Shown here in pieces: positions 48,179 to 58,596 of a stretch of DNA of 64,000 nt. The notes under the pieces were generated by a model. The model was given only the letters and a program-made list of their open reading frames with translations, searched no databases and was not told the origin of the DNA. The position numbers and the translations under genes were made by a program. This DNA comes from an uncultured bacterium. GTDB lineage: Bacteria; Armatimonadota; SYMT01. Positions within the stretch are counted from its first letter, which is position 1, and every line of letters starts with the position of its first letter. The stretch lies in the NCBI GenBank assembly GCA_964609085.1, contig CAZSRZ010000002.1, positions 29,477-93,476 of the forward strand. The letters run 5' to 3'.

Positions 48179-49528
48179 TTACCTGGCTGCCGGGTGGATC
48201 CAGGGTTTGCGGTATGGGCGACGCAGCAGGCGGTTGGCCTCGTCGTCTCCAACCACCCGGCCGCGGACAGGGTCCCACTCCAGAGTCCGCCCCAGCCTCA
48301 GTGCCATGTTGGCGAGGATGCAACTGGCGGTCGAGATGTGGCCTTCCTCAATGTCCGCTACTGGCTTGCCGCGCGACGCCCGTGCGGCCAGAAAGTCCTT
48401 CATGTGCTGCCGGATGGCCGGGGCGACGTGTCGCTCCAAATCGGCCTCGGTCCGGTCCTCGGGGTACTGATCCAGCTCCATCGTGACGTCCTTGTGGACG
48501 GGCGCACCGCCTCCCAGCGGGATGAAATCGTAGCCGTTCACGCTCATCTTCAGCGTTCCGCGGTCTCCGTAGAGGGTGGCGGCCCAGGGGTACTTTTCGT
48601 CCGCGGGGTGCCCCCAGGATCGGTGTTGCCAGGTGACGGTGGTCTCGCCGAAGTCAAAGGTGGCCGTCTGCGTGTCGGTGATATTGGCCTTGCTGCGGGG
48701 GTCGACGAGGATCCCTCCGGTGGATGCCACGCGCTTCGGCCATCCCAGACCGAGCGTCCAGCGGACCATGTCGAGCATGTGGATGCACATGTCGCCGACG
48801 ATGCCGTTGCCGTACTCCATGAACGCTCGCCAGCGGCGGGGATGGACGAGGGAATTGTAAGGGCGCATCGGCGCCGGCCCCGTCCACATCTCGTAGTCGA
48901 GGTTCTCCGGCGGGGCGGTGTCCGGCGGCGTTTCGCGCGCGCGCATGTGGTAGTAGCAGCAGATCTCCACGTGGGAGATCTTGCCCAGTAACCCCGGTCG
49001 AACAAACCGATCCCGGGCCTCGACCAGGTGCGGAGTGCTCCGTCGCTGGGTACCCACCTGCACCACCCGCCCCGTTCGCCGAGCGGCTGCCAGCATTGCC
49101 TGGCCCTCCGCGACGTCCACGCTGATCGGCTTCTGGACGTAGACATCGGCCCCGGCCTCAACCGCGGCGATCATCGCGAGCGCATGCCAGTGATCGGGTG
49201 TGGCGATCAGCACGATGTCGAGATCTTTCTCTCGCAGCATCTCCCGGTAGTCGCTGAAACTGCGCGGACGCTTCCGCGAGGCCTGACGCTGGCTCACCAG
49301 ATCACCGGCCTCGGAGAGCATTTGCCTGTCCACGTCGCAGAGGGAGACGACTTCAACGGGAGCCACCTGGATCAGCCGCAGCAGATCGCACTTCCCGTAC
49401 CAGCCGGTGCCGATGAGGCCAACACGCGGCTTTGTCTCGGCGAAAGCCTCGGCAAACGGAGCGATGCCCAGGGTTGCTCCCGCTGCGCCCGTGGTCAGCC
49501 CTGTGGTCAGCAGCGAGCGTCGATTCAT
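48179..49528 (-). CDS. Tat-exported Gfo/Idh/MocA family oxidoreductase
   Basis: Tat signal [17 protein letters not shown]. Rossmann N-terminus and the YVQKPIS motif. Confidence 0.85.
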   Translation of the reverse strand: MNRRSLLTTGLTTGAAGATLGIAPFAEAFAETKPRVGLIGTGWYGKCDLLRLIQVAPVEVVSLCDVDRQMLSEAGDLVSQRQASRKRPRSFSDYREMLREKDLDIVLIATPDHWHALAMIAAVEAGADVYVQKPISVDVAEGQAMLAAARRTGRVVQVGTQRRSTPHLVEARDRFVRPGLLGKISHVEICCYYHMRARETPPDTAPPENLDYEMWTGPAPMRPYNSLVHPRRWRAFMEYGNGIVGDMCIHMLDMVRWTLGLGWPKRVASTGGILVDPRSKANITDTQTATFDFGETTVTWQHRSWGHPADEKYPWAATLYGDRGTLKMSVNGYDFIPLGGGAPVHKDVTMELDQYPEDRTEADLERHVAPAIRQHMKDFLAARASRGKPVADIEEGHISTASCILANMALRLGRTLEWDPVRGRVVGDDEANRLLRRPYRKPWIHPAAR

Positions 49529-49681
49529 CGGCGGTCCTCCACGGGGTCGGCTGGTGGTTTCGTCCCCGCCGTCAGTTCTGCGATGTGGGAGCGAGACCCT
49601 GCCTCGCAGGGGTTCATCCTACCGTCAAAGAAAGCGGCTGCGGTGACCGGCCCCGCGCCGAAGCCAGGGAGGGATTGGACG

Positions 49682-50671
49682 ATGGAGACCCGTGCAGTTA
49701 TGGCGGTGGCGATCAACAGGGTGGAGGCGAGGCCGGTGGAGGTACCCCCGCCGGGACCGGGCGAAGTCTTGATTCGAACCAGTCACACCTGCATCAGCCC
49801 AGGAACGGAACTACGTTGCCTTGCGGGGCTGCAGCAGGGGACGCCCGGGTGGCCGTTTATCCTGGGCTACGCGCTGGTTGGGCACGTGGAGGCGGTCGGA
49901 CCTGGAGCGCACCTGGCGGTGGGAGCACGAGTGTTGTGCGGAGGGACGAGCCGTGCGGCTACGCATCGGCTCTGGGGGGGGCACATCGGCCTCGCTGTCC
50001 AACCCGAGAACGCGGTCCACATCATTCCTGCGGGCGTGGATCCAGTCGAGGCGGCGGTCGGCCGCATCCTCGCCATCGCGCTGCATGGCGTGAGCCTCAG
50101 CCGACCGGACCCGCACGAGACGGTGGCAGTCGTCGGGCTCGGGCTGATCGGGCAGTTGTCAGCCAGGTTGCACGCGATGGGCGGAGCTCGCGTGGTCGGG
50201 ATCGATCGATCGGCCTCTCGGGTCGAGGTCGCCCGCGGTGCGGGGATCGAGGGTCTCGCCGCCCAGGATGCGGCCACTGCTTTTCGGGAACGCGTGCCAG
50301 ACGGCGCCGACCTGGTGGTGGATGCCACCGGCTCACCGACGGCGCTCGCCGCTTCCATTGAGTGTGCGCGCGACAGGCCGTACGAGGATCTGCCGTTGGC
50401 CGGTCCGCGCCTGCTGCTGCAGGGAAGCTACCCGGGGGACTTCACGGTGCCCTACCACCCCGTGTTCCGTCGAGAGATGACGGTGCTGGTGCCGAGGGAT
50501 CGGCAGCCCCGCGATATGCGCGCGGCACTGGACCTGCTCGCCCGTCGCCGCATCGGTGTGCGAGACCTGGTGGGGCGTGTTTGTCCACCGGAGGCGGCCC
50601 AGGAGGTCTACGACGCCTTGCGGGATCCCGGCGGGGAGTTGTTGACGGCCGTGTTCGATTGGACCGCGTGA
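49682..50671 (+). CDS. Zinc-binding medium-chain alcohol/polyol dehydrogenase
   Basis: GHVEAVG region with Cys/His zinc ligands, and the NAD-binding VVGLGLIGQL. ATG at 49682; the upstream ORF-track extension is non-coding-like. Confidence 0.8.
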   Translation: METRAVMAVAINRVEARPVEVPPPGPGEVLIRTSHTCISPGTELRCLAGLQQGTPGWPFILGYALVGHVEAVGPGAHLAVGARVLCGGTSRAATHRLWGGHIGLAVQPENAVHIIPAGVDPVEAAVGRILAIALHGVSLSRPDPHETVAVVGLGLIGQLSARLHAMGGARVVGIDRSASRVEVARGAGIEGLAAQDAATAFRERVPDGADLVVDATGSPTALAASIECARDRPYEDLPLAGPRLLLQGSYPGDFTVPYHPVFRREMTVLVPRDRQPRDMRAALDLLARRRIGVRDLVGRVCPPEAAQEVYDALRDPGGELLTAVFDWTA

Positions 50672-50677
50672 GGCGAG

Positions 50678-51175
50678 CTAGGCTGCGGGGAGTTGCTCCC
50701 GCGGTTGGCGAAGCCATACGGCCGTCAGCGCGGAGATGATCAAGCCGGTAACGAGCGTCCCCAGTGCCCCGGCTAGGGCCTGCAGGAGCGGGGACTCCGA
50801 GGCACGGGCCGATTCCATTGCCGCGCGGATAGCCTCCGGGGACTGGCCTGCCTGCCGAAGCATCTCTTCCTGGACTGTGCGCAACTCCTCGAAATAGTTC
50901 GGAAAAGCAACCGTGGTGAACAGTATTGAGCCGGGGATGATGATGAGGCCAGCCACCAGTGAGGTGAGCAGGCCCATCCCAATTTGTCGCCCGTAGCTGC
51001 GTGTGAGCCGGGTCTGGTAGAGCACGGCGATGACGATGGCGATCTGGATGAAAATCACGAGCCAGAACGCGTTCACCATGAGCGGATGCCTGTACCATCC
51101 GGTGAAGCCCATCACGTAGGTCCAGCCCTCTACCATCAGCCCGAGGACCAGACCTCCGACCACCGCTACCCGCAT
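50678..51175 (-). CDS. Small integral membrane protein (DUF4199-like, four TM segments)
   Basis: Hydrophobic segments with plausible codon usage; no catalytic motifs. Confidence 0.5.
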   Translation of the reverse strand: MRVAVVGGLVLGLMVEGWTYVMGFTGWYRHPLMVNAFWLVIFIQIAIVIAVLYQTRLTRSYGRQIGMGLLTSLVAGLIIIPGSILFTTVAFPNYFEELRTVQEEMLRQAGQSPEAIRAAMESARASESPLLQALAGALGTLVTGLIISALTAVWLRQPREQLPAA

Positions 51176-51224
51176 CGAGTCGCTCCCGTTTGGCAGCGTC
51201 TCTCGTCGCCGCCCGGTGTTCGTG

Positions 51225-51306
51225 TGCCGAAGGCGGGGGTCGAACCCGCACTCCTTTCGGAACCGGTTTTTGAGACCGGCGCGTCTGCCTATTCCGCCAC
51301 TTCGGC
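51225..51306 (-). tRNA. tRNA-Leu (anticodon CAA), type II with long variable arm
   Basis: Hand-folded from sequence: a 7-bp acceptor stem (GCCGAAG/CTTCGGC), anticodon loop CUCAAAA, T-arm GCGGG-TTCGACC-CCCGC and a long extra arm. CCA is not encoded. Confidence 0.85.
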
Positions 51307-51445
51307 CTGACCGGAAGTATAGGCAGCGACTAAGAACCCGTCAACGCCTCCGCCAGCCGGCTCCCCCGGATCAGAACCGGGCAGGAGAACCCCCCTGGGT
51401 GCACGAACGCGGATGCGGACCGATTGGCAGTATTGGAGGGCGGCA

Positions 51446-54400
51446 ATGGCGACGCTTCAGGTGACGTGTCCGCGCTGCGGCGCGCAGGGGGGGGTGGACG
51501 CTTCGTTTGCGGGCCGGCAGATCCGGTGCCGCTGCGGGACGGACTTCGTGGTGCCCGCGGTCAGCCCGGCCCCCGGCGCCACTCCTGGCCCGGCGTCCGG
51601 TCCCACCGGCTCAGCGGACACCTCTCCGGCTGACTGGAGCGTGGGTCTCGAGGTCGGCGGGCGGTTCCTGGTCACGGAGATTCTTGGCGGCCCGGCGCTC
51701 TGCCGAGTGGACGACCGAGTGTGGGAAACGACCCTGCTCGTGGCTACCGCCAGTGAGGGGGACGAGGATGGCTTCACCTCCGTCGCCGACCGCTGGGTGG
51801 CGCTGGGCACCCACCCCAACATCCAGGTCGCTTACTACCTTCATCGGCTCGGCGGCCGCGCCCGCCTGGTGATGGAGGATCCTGGTCCGAATTCGCTCGC
51901 GGACCTACCGGCCGCCGCGCTGGCATCGGACCCCGGACGCCTGTGCGATCTGGCGATCCAGTCCGCCTGGGGCTTGCTGGCGCTTCACGACGCGGGGATG
52001 GTCCACGGGCGGGTGCATGCGGCATGCCTGCGGGTCACGGGGCTCGACCTGGTTAAGCTGGGGGACATCACCTTCACGTTGACTCCGGGTGAGATGGCGC
52101 CTGCTCCGGAGGTGGCTGCCGGTGCATCGCCGGGACCTCCGGCCGACCTCTGGCAATGGGCGTCCGTCTTCCACAAGCTCGGAGGTGCCGCGGCACCTCC
52201 CGCCCTGCGCGAATTGCTCGATCGCTGCCTCGCGGCCGACCCGGCGCAGCGTCCCCGAGACCTCCGTGAGGCGGTGACGGGGCTGCAGTCGATCTACAAA
52301 CAGGCGCGCGGGGACTTCTACGCACGCCCCGCGCCGCGCACCTACGCCGCGGACACGGCAAGCAACCGCGGACTGGCGCTCCTGGCGATCGGGCGTCCCG
52401 AAGAAGCCGCCGGGTCGTGGGAAGAGGCGGTCCGCGTAGCTGCGGGTCACCTGGAGGCGACCTACCACCTCGCCCTCTACCAGTGGCGAAACGGCAAAAT
52501 CGCCGATGACGAGGTCGTGCGCCGGCTCACGCCGATTGTTGCGGCCAGCACCGACTGGATGGCACCGATGTTGCAGGGGCACGTCCAGGCTGAGCGTCTG
52601 GACCGTCGTTCTGCTCTACTCGGCTACGGGGAGGCCGAGCGACTCGGAGGCGGAGAAGCTGCGGCGGTGGCGCGCCGGAGAGTCGCCGCTATCCCGGCGG
52701 ACCACGGCGGGCACGAACTCGCCGAACACCCGCACGAGGTATGGAGTCTGGGGCTGACCCCCGACGGCTCACGCGTGGTCACGGCGAGCGGCGACTCGCT
52801 CCTCCGCGTCTGGGATCTTGCTTCCGGGGAAGTCACCCACGAGCTGGCGGGCCACCAACACTCCGTCCGGGCGTCGGCGCTGAATGCCGATGGACGATTT
52901 GCCATCTCTGGGAGTTGGGACGGCACCGCCAGGGTGTGGGACATCACGACGGGTGCCGCGGTCCGGCAACTCAAGGGGGAGGCGCCGATCCATTCCGTGG
53001 CGCTGAGTGCGGACGCCCGCTATGCCCTGTCTGGCGGGGACGACCCGGTGCTTCGCTTCTGGGCGACGCAGACGGCCCAGGTGGCACGGTCGATGGAAGG
53101 CCACACGGATTCGATCCAGGCGGTGGCCCTCAATGCCGATGGTCGCTTTGCGCTGTCGGCCGGCAGGGACGGGGCCGTCTTCCTCTGGGATGTCGCTCAG
53201 GCCAGGTGCCTGCAGACGCTGAGCGGGCACACCGGCATGGTTCGAGCGGTCGCGCTAAGCGGTGACGGTCGCGTGAGCGTCACCGCGGGAGAAGATCGGA
53301 CGCTGCGGCTTTGGGACAACGCAACGGGCGTCTGCGCCCGCGTTTTCGAGGGGCACCAGGATGCAGTTGACGCGGTGGCGATCGCCCTCGCGGCCGGCTG
53401 GATCGTGAGCGGCGGCAGGGATCGCACGCTCCGTGTATGGGAAGTTGCCACCGGGCGTTGCCGGCGCACCATCGGGGGCTATCTGGGCGGTGTGCTGGCG
53501 GTCGGGCTGACGCCGGACGCACGCATTTGCGTCACCGGCAGTGCGGAGAAAACGCTGCGAACGTGGGACCTCTCCGCCTTCACGGGGCCGGACGCGATCA
53601 GCATGTCCGCGCCTCCGGCGATCAGCCGTCCGGAGCGGTCGCAAGAAGCGCAGCGGGTTCAGCGCCAGTACCGGATGCTGGTTGAGAAGGCGGCGCTGGC
53701 GGAGAACCCGGCCGCGGAACTCAATCTGCTGCGGGAAGCCCGATCGCTGACGGGTCGCTCACGTGCGACCGAGGCTCGGGAGAGGTGGCAGCGCCTATCG
53801 GGCAGCATGGTTCGGTCCGGGTTGCGCGACGTCTGGCTGGGTCGGGTGTTTGACCCACCGGAGCAGCCGTGTACCGGTCTTGCCGTGCGGGAGGACGATC
53901 TGTGGGTGCTCTCGGGCAGCCCGGACGGCCGTCCCCGATTGTGGGAAGTGGCGTCCGGACGCTGCCTAAAACCCATGGATGCGCACGGCAGCGAACTCAC
54001 CGCCGTAGGGCTGAGTCCTGATGGCCGCTGGGCACTGGCGGGCAGCATGGAGGGCAGCCTCCGTCTGTGGGACGTCGAGCGAGGACGCACAGCCCATAGC
54101 TACCTGGGTGTCACTGTGCCGACTCGCGCCGCGTGCTTGAGCTCAGACGCCCGCTGGGTGCTCTCGGGGAGCGATGACGGCATGGTCCGCGTGTGGGATG
54201 TCGCCGGTGGACGGCTTGTGCGCGTGCAGGAGGGGCATGTCTCACCGGTTCAATCCGTCGCCTGGACGGCGGACGGCCGGTTCATGTTGTCGGGCGACAC
54301 GGGCGGCACCATCCGCCTTTGGGACGCCGCCTCCGGGGCGTGCCGGCAGGTGATCGACGACCAGGCCGGTTCCGTGATGGCGCTCTCCTGCGCCCGCGAT

Positions 54401-55000
54401 GGCATCCGGGCTCTGGCAGCCGAGCACGATGGAACGATCACCCTGCTGAATCTCGACGACGGTTCGGTGATCCATCGGCTGCAGACGGAACGTATCACGA
54501 AGGCGGCTCTCACCCCAGAGGGCCGCTGGGCGGTGCTGGCCACGGAGGCGGGTGAGGTCGTCGTGTGGGATCTCCCCACCGGCAGCCGCTTGGCGTCCGT
54601 CCCCTGCGGGCCGGTCGGCGCGTTCTGCCTCTCGCCGGATGGGCACTACCTGCTCACCGCCCCGCCGGAGGGCCCCATCAGCGAGTGGATCCTCGATTGG
54701 GACCTGGAGCTCCCCCCGGTGGAAGCGTGGTCAGACGCCGCTCGCCCCTACCTGGCCGCCTTCCTCCGAGTCCACCAACCCTATGCCGTTTACCTTGCGG
54801 CGACGCGGGATGTGTCCGATGAAGAGTTGGCCAATGCGCTGGTGCGCCGCCCCGAGCCGAACTGGACCTCGGAAAACTACCCGGAGTTGCTGGCTACGCT
54901 CGCACGAGTCGGGCTCGGCTGGCTGAAGTCCGAGCGCACGTTCCACGAACTGGAGTCCATGACCGAAGCGTTCGGTCGCGCCGCTGGGAGTGGCTCCTAG
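51446..55000 (+). CDS. Large multidomain protein: MJ0042-type zinc ribbon + degenerate Ser/Thr protein-kinase-like (pseudokinase) domain + TPR-like linker + two 7-bladed WD40 propellers
   Basis: N-terminal C-P-R-C-G...C-R-C-G ribbon. Kinase-fold remnants APE (PAPEVAAG) and D.W..G (DLWQWASVFHKLG) are present, but the catalytic loop is HGRVHAACL (no HRD Asp) and no VAIK Lys is evident. At least 14 WD40 repeats follow (GH...WD patterns, e.g. LRVWDLASG, ARVWDITTG). Confidence 0.85.
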   Translation: MATLQVTCPRCGAQGGVDASFAGRQIRCRCGTDFVVPAVSPAPGATPGPASGPTGSADTSPADWSVGLEVGGRFLVTEILGGPALCRVDDRVWETTLLVATASEGDEDGFTSVADRWVALGTHPNIQVAYYLHRLGGRARLVMEDPGPNSLADLPAAALASDPGRLCDLAIQSAWGLLALHDAGMVHGRVHAACLRVTGLDLVKLGDITFTLTPGEMAPAPEVAAGASPGPPADLWQWASVFHKLGGAAAPPALRELLDRCLAADPAQRPRDLREAVTGLQSIYKQARGDFYARPAPRTYAADTASNRGLALLAIGRPEEAAGSWEEAVRVAAGHLEATYHLALYQWRNGKIADDEVVRRLTPIVAASTDWMAPMLQGHVQAERLDRRSALLGYGEAERLGGGEAAAVARRRVAAIPADHGGHELAEHPHEVWSLGLTPDGSRVVTASGDSLLRVWDLASGEVTHELAGHQHSVRASALNADGRFAISGSWDGTARVWDITTGAAVRQLKGEAPIHSVALSADARYALSGGDDPVLRFWATQTAQVARSMEGHTDSIQAVALNADGRFALSAGRDGAVFLWDVAQARCLQTLSGHTGMVRAVALSGDGRVSVTAGEDRTLRLWDNATGVCARVFEGHQDAVDAVAIALAAGWIVSGGRDRTLRVWEVATGRCRRTIGGYLGGVLAVGLTPDARICVTGSAEKTLRTWDLSAFTGPDAISMSAPPAISRPERSQEAQRVQRQYRMLVEKAALAENPAAELNLLREARSLTGRSRATEARERWQRLSGSMVRSGLRDVWLGRVFDPPEQPCTGLAVREDDLWVLSGSPDGRPRLWEVASGRCLKPMDAHGSELTAVGLSPDGRWALAGSMEGSLRLWDVERGRTAHSYLGVTVPTRAACLSSDARWVLSGSDDGMVRVWDVAGGRLVRVQEGHVSPVQSVAWTADGRFMLSGDTGGTIRLWDAASGACRQVIDDQAGSVMALSCARDGIRALAAEHDGTITLLNLDDGSVIHRLQTERITKAALTPEGRWAVLATEAGEVVVWDLPTGSRLASVPCGPVGAFCLSPDGHYLLTAPPEGPISEWILDWDLELPPVEAWSDAARPYLAAFLRVHQPYAVYLAATRDVSDEELANALVRRPEPNWTSENYPELLATLARVGLGWLKSERTFHELESMTEAFGRAAGSGS

Positions 55001-55025
55001 CTCACTTTGCTCCTCGCTGTCCGGG

Positions 55026-56693
55026 TCACTCCAGCCGGCTGAAGCGGCTGGAGATGGAGGTGTCGCCCGAGTCGCCGTCGCTCGCGAATCGAAGGTATCG
55101 CTGGGCCTCCGCGTGGTCAGGGTCCAGGCTCAGCACGCGGCGAAACTGGAAGGCGGCCTCCGCCATCCGCCCCGCCTCGTAGCGGGCGATCCCGGCCGCC
55201 AGACACCGGCGGATTTCCACGGCGCGGAGGCGGTCGGCGACTTCCGGGGTAGGGTGCAGGTCCTGCGCCTTGCGCCACAGCGTGATCGCGGTGCCCATGT
55301 CGCCCAGGGCATCCTGGGTATCTCCGGCGGCGAGGAGGGCGCTTGCCTGGCCCCGGCGGACTCGGCCGAGAGCCTCCCTGGAGGCGTGGCGCTGTGGGTC
55401 TAAAAGGAGGATGGCTTCGTGCGTTCGCTGGGTGCCGGACCAATCGCCGGCGGCTTCCAGCCGGAGCGCCTCCGCCTCCAGATCCCCGAGGTGTTGGGAT
55501 CGGGCCCGTACCATTCGATCAAACAGGCCTGCGTCCCACGGGGCCAACTCGCGGGCGGACTGCAGCCGGGAAATCGCCTCTCCTCCATCCCTCGCCGCCA
55601 GCGCGTCTTCGGCCGCGGTGATGTGGGATGCTACCTGCCTCGCGAGACTCGCCTCCAGTTCTTTCGAGGCGCTGACGTTGCTGGGGTCCGCGGCCAGGAC
55701 CATGTGGAGGTCAGCGATTGCCCGCCCGAGATCTCCAGCGGCAATGGCCCCACGGGCCTGGTCGAGGATGAGTGTCTCCGACCCGGCGGCAAAGGCGGCC
55801 TCAAAGCACATGGCGATGGAGCTTGTTAGGGTGACGAGCAGGTAGCGGCCGCTCGGAGACAGGCACACTCCTGTCGGCTCCGCGGGTAGCTGGTAGTCCC
55901 ACACGGGGTTGCCTCGGGAGTCGAGGCAGAGAAGCCGATGCTCGGCGCCGTCCGACACCACGGCTGCCGTCCAGCTTGCCGCCTCATCGGTGGCGATGCC
56001 GAGGACCGGTTGCCCGACCCCTATTCGCCAGGCGATCCCGCCGTCGCCGTCTGTCGCCAGCACGTCTCCAGCCTCCGTGCCCACCCGGAGCCGCTGTCCC
56101 CTGCGACCGAAGGCAATCGCGCTGGCCGGACTGTCGAGAGCGTTCTCCGCCAGTAGCACCCGCTCGTGGTCAAATGAGAGGAGCATCCCGTCCCGGAGGC
56201 CGACGGCGCAGGCCGACCCATCATACGCAACACCTGTGCGGGCAACCGGACCCGGAAGGTCTTTGGACCAGATGGCGCGGCCGCCGATGTCCCCATAGAT
56301 GAGGCCGTGCGACGCAAACACCTCGTCGGAGAAAGCAGCGACGAAGAAGCGGCCGTTCCGGCTCGGGGCACAGTCGCTGTAGAGAGCCCGGCGCTCGGGT
56401 TGGAAGCGCGACTTGCGTCCCTCGCGAAAGATGTAGAGGTCGTCGTCGGTCATCGCGAGCAGCACACCGGCACCGGGGAGAATCTCGAACTCCCGCACAG
56501 TCTCCACGGAGATGGCGCTATGCTCCCGCTGCTCCCCCGACACGCCCACCTCCAGGAGCTTGTACGTGCGAGTGGCGAACATGTCGGGCTGGATCAACAG
56601 GGCGTTGCCGTCATCGTCGACGGCATTCAGCCCCGACGGAATCAGGCCTCGGATGCGGTGCTGCCACAGAAGGTTGACCGTCGTTTCGCGCAC
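55026..56693 (-). CDS. Hypothetical protein: N-terminal beta-propeller (PQQ/WD-like) + C-terminal TPR repeats
   Basis: Repeated roughly 40-aa beta-sheet units with Gly/Asp turns, then Ala-rich TPR-like helices (AEAQRYLRFA, LGDMGTAITLWRKAQDL). Its start overlaps the NHL gene stop (ATGA-type overlap). Confidence 0.6.
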   Translation of the reverse strand: MRETTVNLLWQHRIRGLIPSGLNAVDDDGNALLIQPDMFATRTYKLLEVGVSGEQREHSAISVETVREFEILPGAGVLLAMTDDDLYIFREGRKSRFQPERRALYSDCAPSRNGRFFVAAFSDEVFASHGLIYGDIGGRAIWSKDLPGPVARTGVAYDGSACAVGLRDGMLLSFDHERVLLAENALDSPASAIAFGRRGQRLRVGTEAGDVLATDGDGGIAWRIGVGQPVLGIATDEAASWTAAVVSDGAEHRLLCLDSRGNPVWDYQLPAEPTGVCLSPSGRYLLVTLTSSIAMCFEAAFAAGSETLILDQARGAIAAGDLGRAIADLHMVLAADPSNVSASKELEASLARQVASHITAAEDALAARDGGEAISRLQSARELAPWDAGLFDRMVRARSQHLGDLEAEALRLEAAGDWSGTQRTHEAILLLDPQRHASREALGRVRRGQASALLAAGDTQDALGDMGTAITLWRKAQDLHPTPEVADRLRAVEIRRCLAAGIARYEAGRMAEAAFQFRRVLSLDPDHAEAQRYLRFASDGDSGDTSISSRFSRLE

Positions 56694-56696
56694 GGC

Positions 56697-57677
56697 TTAC
56701 TCCGGGGTGGCGAACTCGCGCAGGCGGATCACACGATGGTTGGCGGTGTCGGCTACGTAGACGGTGTCATCGGCCGCAACCGCCACGCCGCAGGGTCCAT
56801 TCAACGATCCGTGGCCCTGAACTTCCGTGATGATCGCCACCGACCTGCCGGCCGGATCGAAGATCTGGATCCGATGATTGCCGGTTTCGGCGACGATCAC
56901 GCGCCCCTGGCGGTCGATGGCCAGATCCTGCGGCTCGTTCAGGAACCCCGCGGCGACCCCGATGCCCCCGAATTGGCCCAACGTCTGTAGCTCGGAGGAA
57001 AAGACATGGACCACGTGGCGGCTGCGGTCCGCCACGAAGATGCGGCCCGCGCGGTCGACACAGATCCCCTGCGGGCTACCCATCAGCACTCCGCCCCGGG
57101 CGGTCAACCCGCCGATGGCCAGGGGCTGACCGTAGCGGGCCCAGACGGTCAGGCGCCGGTTGCCGGTGTCCGCGACGAACAGGTTCCCGCAGGGTCCCAG
57201 GGCGAGGCCCGTCGGTGACTGGAACTGGCTCAACCCACTCCCCGACGAACCGAAGCATCCCAGCGACGAGCCGTCCACACCGATCACCTGGACACGGGAG
57301 TTCCCCTGTTCGAGGACATAGAGCCGGCCTTCTTCGTCGACGACGCAACCCTGCGGGTTGAGAAAGCATCCCCCGAGGTGGCCACGTGCGCCGAGGACAG
57401 CGACATCTCCCTGGATCGATATGCGCTGGACCCGGTGGTTGTAGGAGTCCGCGACGAACAGGTTGCCTTCTCCGTCCACGGCTACGCCGCCGGGGGAGAG
57501 GAACTGCCCGACGCCGCTCCCTCGTTCACCGACCACTTCCACAGCGCGCCATACGGATACCGGAGTCGACGCGGCCACGGTGCGTGGGGCGGGGGTCGCC
57601 GCCGGGACTTCCTGCCGGGCGCGTTTGGGGGGTCGAGCGTCGCCGATTTCCAGGAAGTCGAATCTGTTGTCGCTCAT
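56697..57677 (-). CDS. NHL-repeat (six-bladed beta-propeller) protein
   Basis: There are six repeats of the NHL pattern, e.g. GNLFVADSYNHRVQRIS and GRVIVAETGNHRIQIFD. ATG at 57677. Confidence 0.8.
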   Translation of the reverse strand: MSDNRFDFLEIGDARPPKRARQEVPAATPAPRTVAASTPVSVWRAVEVVGERGSGVGQFLSPGGVAVDGEGNLFVADSYNHRVQRISIQGDVAVLGARGHLGGCFLNPQGCVVDEEGRLYVLEQGNSRVQVIGVDGSSLGCFGSSGSGLSQFQSPTGLALGPCGNLFVADTGNRRLTVWARYGQPLAIGGLTARGGVLMGSPQGICVDRAGRIFVADRSRHVVHVFSSELQTLGQFGGIGVAAGFLNEPQDLAIDRQGRVIVAETGNHRIQIFDPAGRSVAIITEVQGHGSLNGPCGVAVAADDTVYVADTANHRVIRLREFATPE

Positions 57678-57741
57678 CAGGGGAATTGCGTCTGGGACTG
57701 CGTGTGCTGAAGCCACGACGATCACGGCGGGGCAGTACGCA

Positions 57742-58596
57742 TCATATCCCAGCCCCCGCATACACGAAAGCCGCGGGCCCCGTCATGGTCAGTTCCAACC
57801 CCGGGCCGACGCTCACCTGCAGCGTCCCTCCGCGCGACACTACTTCCATCTCCGCACCGGATCGACCGGACAGCAGCGAGGCCACCGCCACGGCGCATGC
57901 CCCCGTACCGCAAGCCAGCGTCTCACCGGCACCTCGCTCCCAGATCCTCACCCGGGCTCGACCGGGTTCCTCCAGTGTGGTCCACATGATGGACGTGCGC
58001 TCGGGAAAGAGCGGGTGGTGTTCTAGACGCGGGCTCAGCCCGGCGAACTCCAGCTCGCTCGGCTCATGGTAGACCACCGTGTGCGCCGTCCCGGTGGACA
58101 GAGCATAGATCTGCAGCGGGGTCCCGCCGACGTCGATCCACTCACCGAGGACTTGGTTGGTCTGGAAGAGGGCGGGGATCGCAGCGGGCTCGAGCCGGGC
58201 CCGGCCCATAGCGATCCGCACATCCGCGCGCGTCCCCTCGCTCCGGGTGATCTCCACTTGTCGCACCCCGGCGATCGTCTCAATGGAGAAAGCCCTGCCT
58301 TCTACCAGGCCTTCGCGCACCGCGTACCAAGCGATGCATCTAAGTCCGTTGCCGCAATCATCCTCGGTGCCGTCCGGGTTGAACATCCGCATGCGGATGT
58401 CGGCTAAGGATGAAGGCAGGGCAGCCAGCAGTCCATCGCTCCCGATCGCCGTCCGGCGGCAACAGACCGCACGTGCCACGGCGGACCAGTCCAACTCCAG
58501 CCCGGAGAGGCCGAGACCGGTTACGACAAAGTCGTTTCCGGCACCCTCAAACTTCTGAAACGGCAGGTTCACCCGGGCTCTCGGCGGTCTCGGCAA
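57742..58596 (-). CDS. dapF: Diaminopimelate epimerase
   Basis: [14 protein letters not shown]-terminal motif and the second active-site Cys in ETLACGTGACAVAVA. Confidence 0.85.
   Translation of the reverse strand: MPRPPRARVNLPFQKFEGAGNDFVVTGLGLSGLELDWSAVARAVCCRRTAIGSDGLLAALPSSLADIRMRMFNPDGTEDDCGNGLRCIAWYAVREGLVEGRAFSIETIAGVRQVEITRSEGTRADVRIAMGRARLEPAAIPALFQTNQVLGEWIDVGGTPLQIYALSTGTAHTVVYHEPSELEFAGLSPRLEHHPLFPERTSIMWTTLEEPGRARVRIWERGAGETLACGTGACAVAVASLLSGRSGAEMEVVSRGGTLQVSVGPGLELTMTGPAAFVYAGAGI

Noticed and set aside
49028-49681. N-terminal 218 aa of ORF 49028..50671
   Set aside because: Antisense to the Tat-Gfo oxidoreductase. The Zn-ADH begins at the internal ATG 49682 (METRAVMAV...).
50678-51446. 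Genomic island or prophage at the tRNA-Leu
   Set aside because: No integrase, transposase, att-like repeat of the tRNA 3' end, or GC shift is visible on either side.
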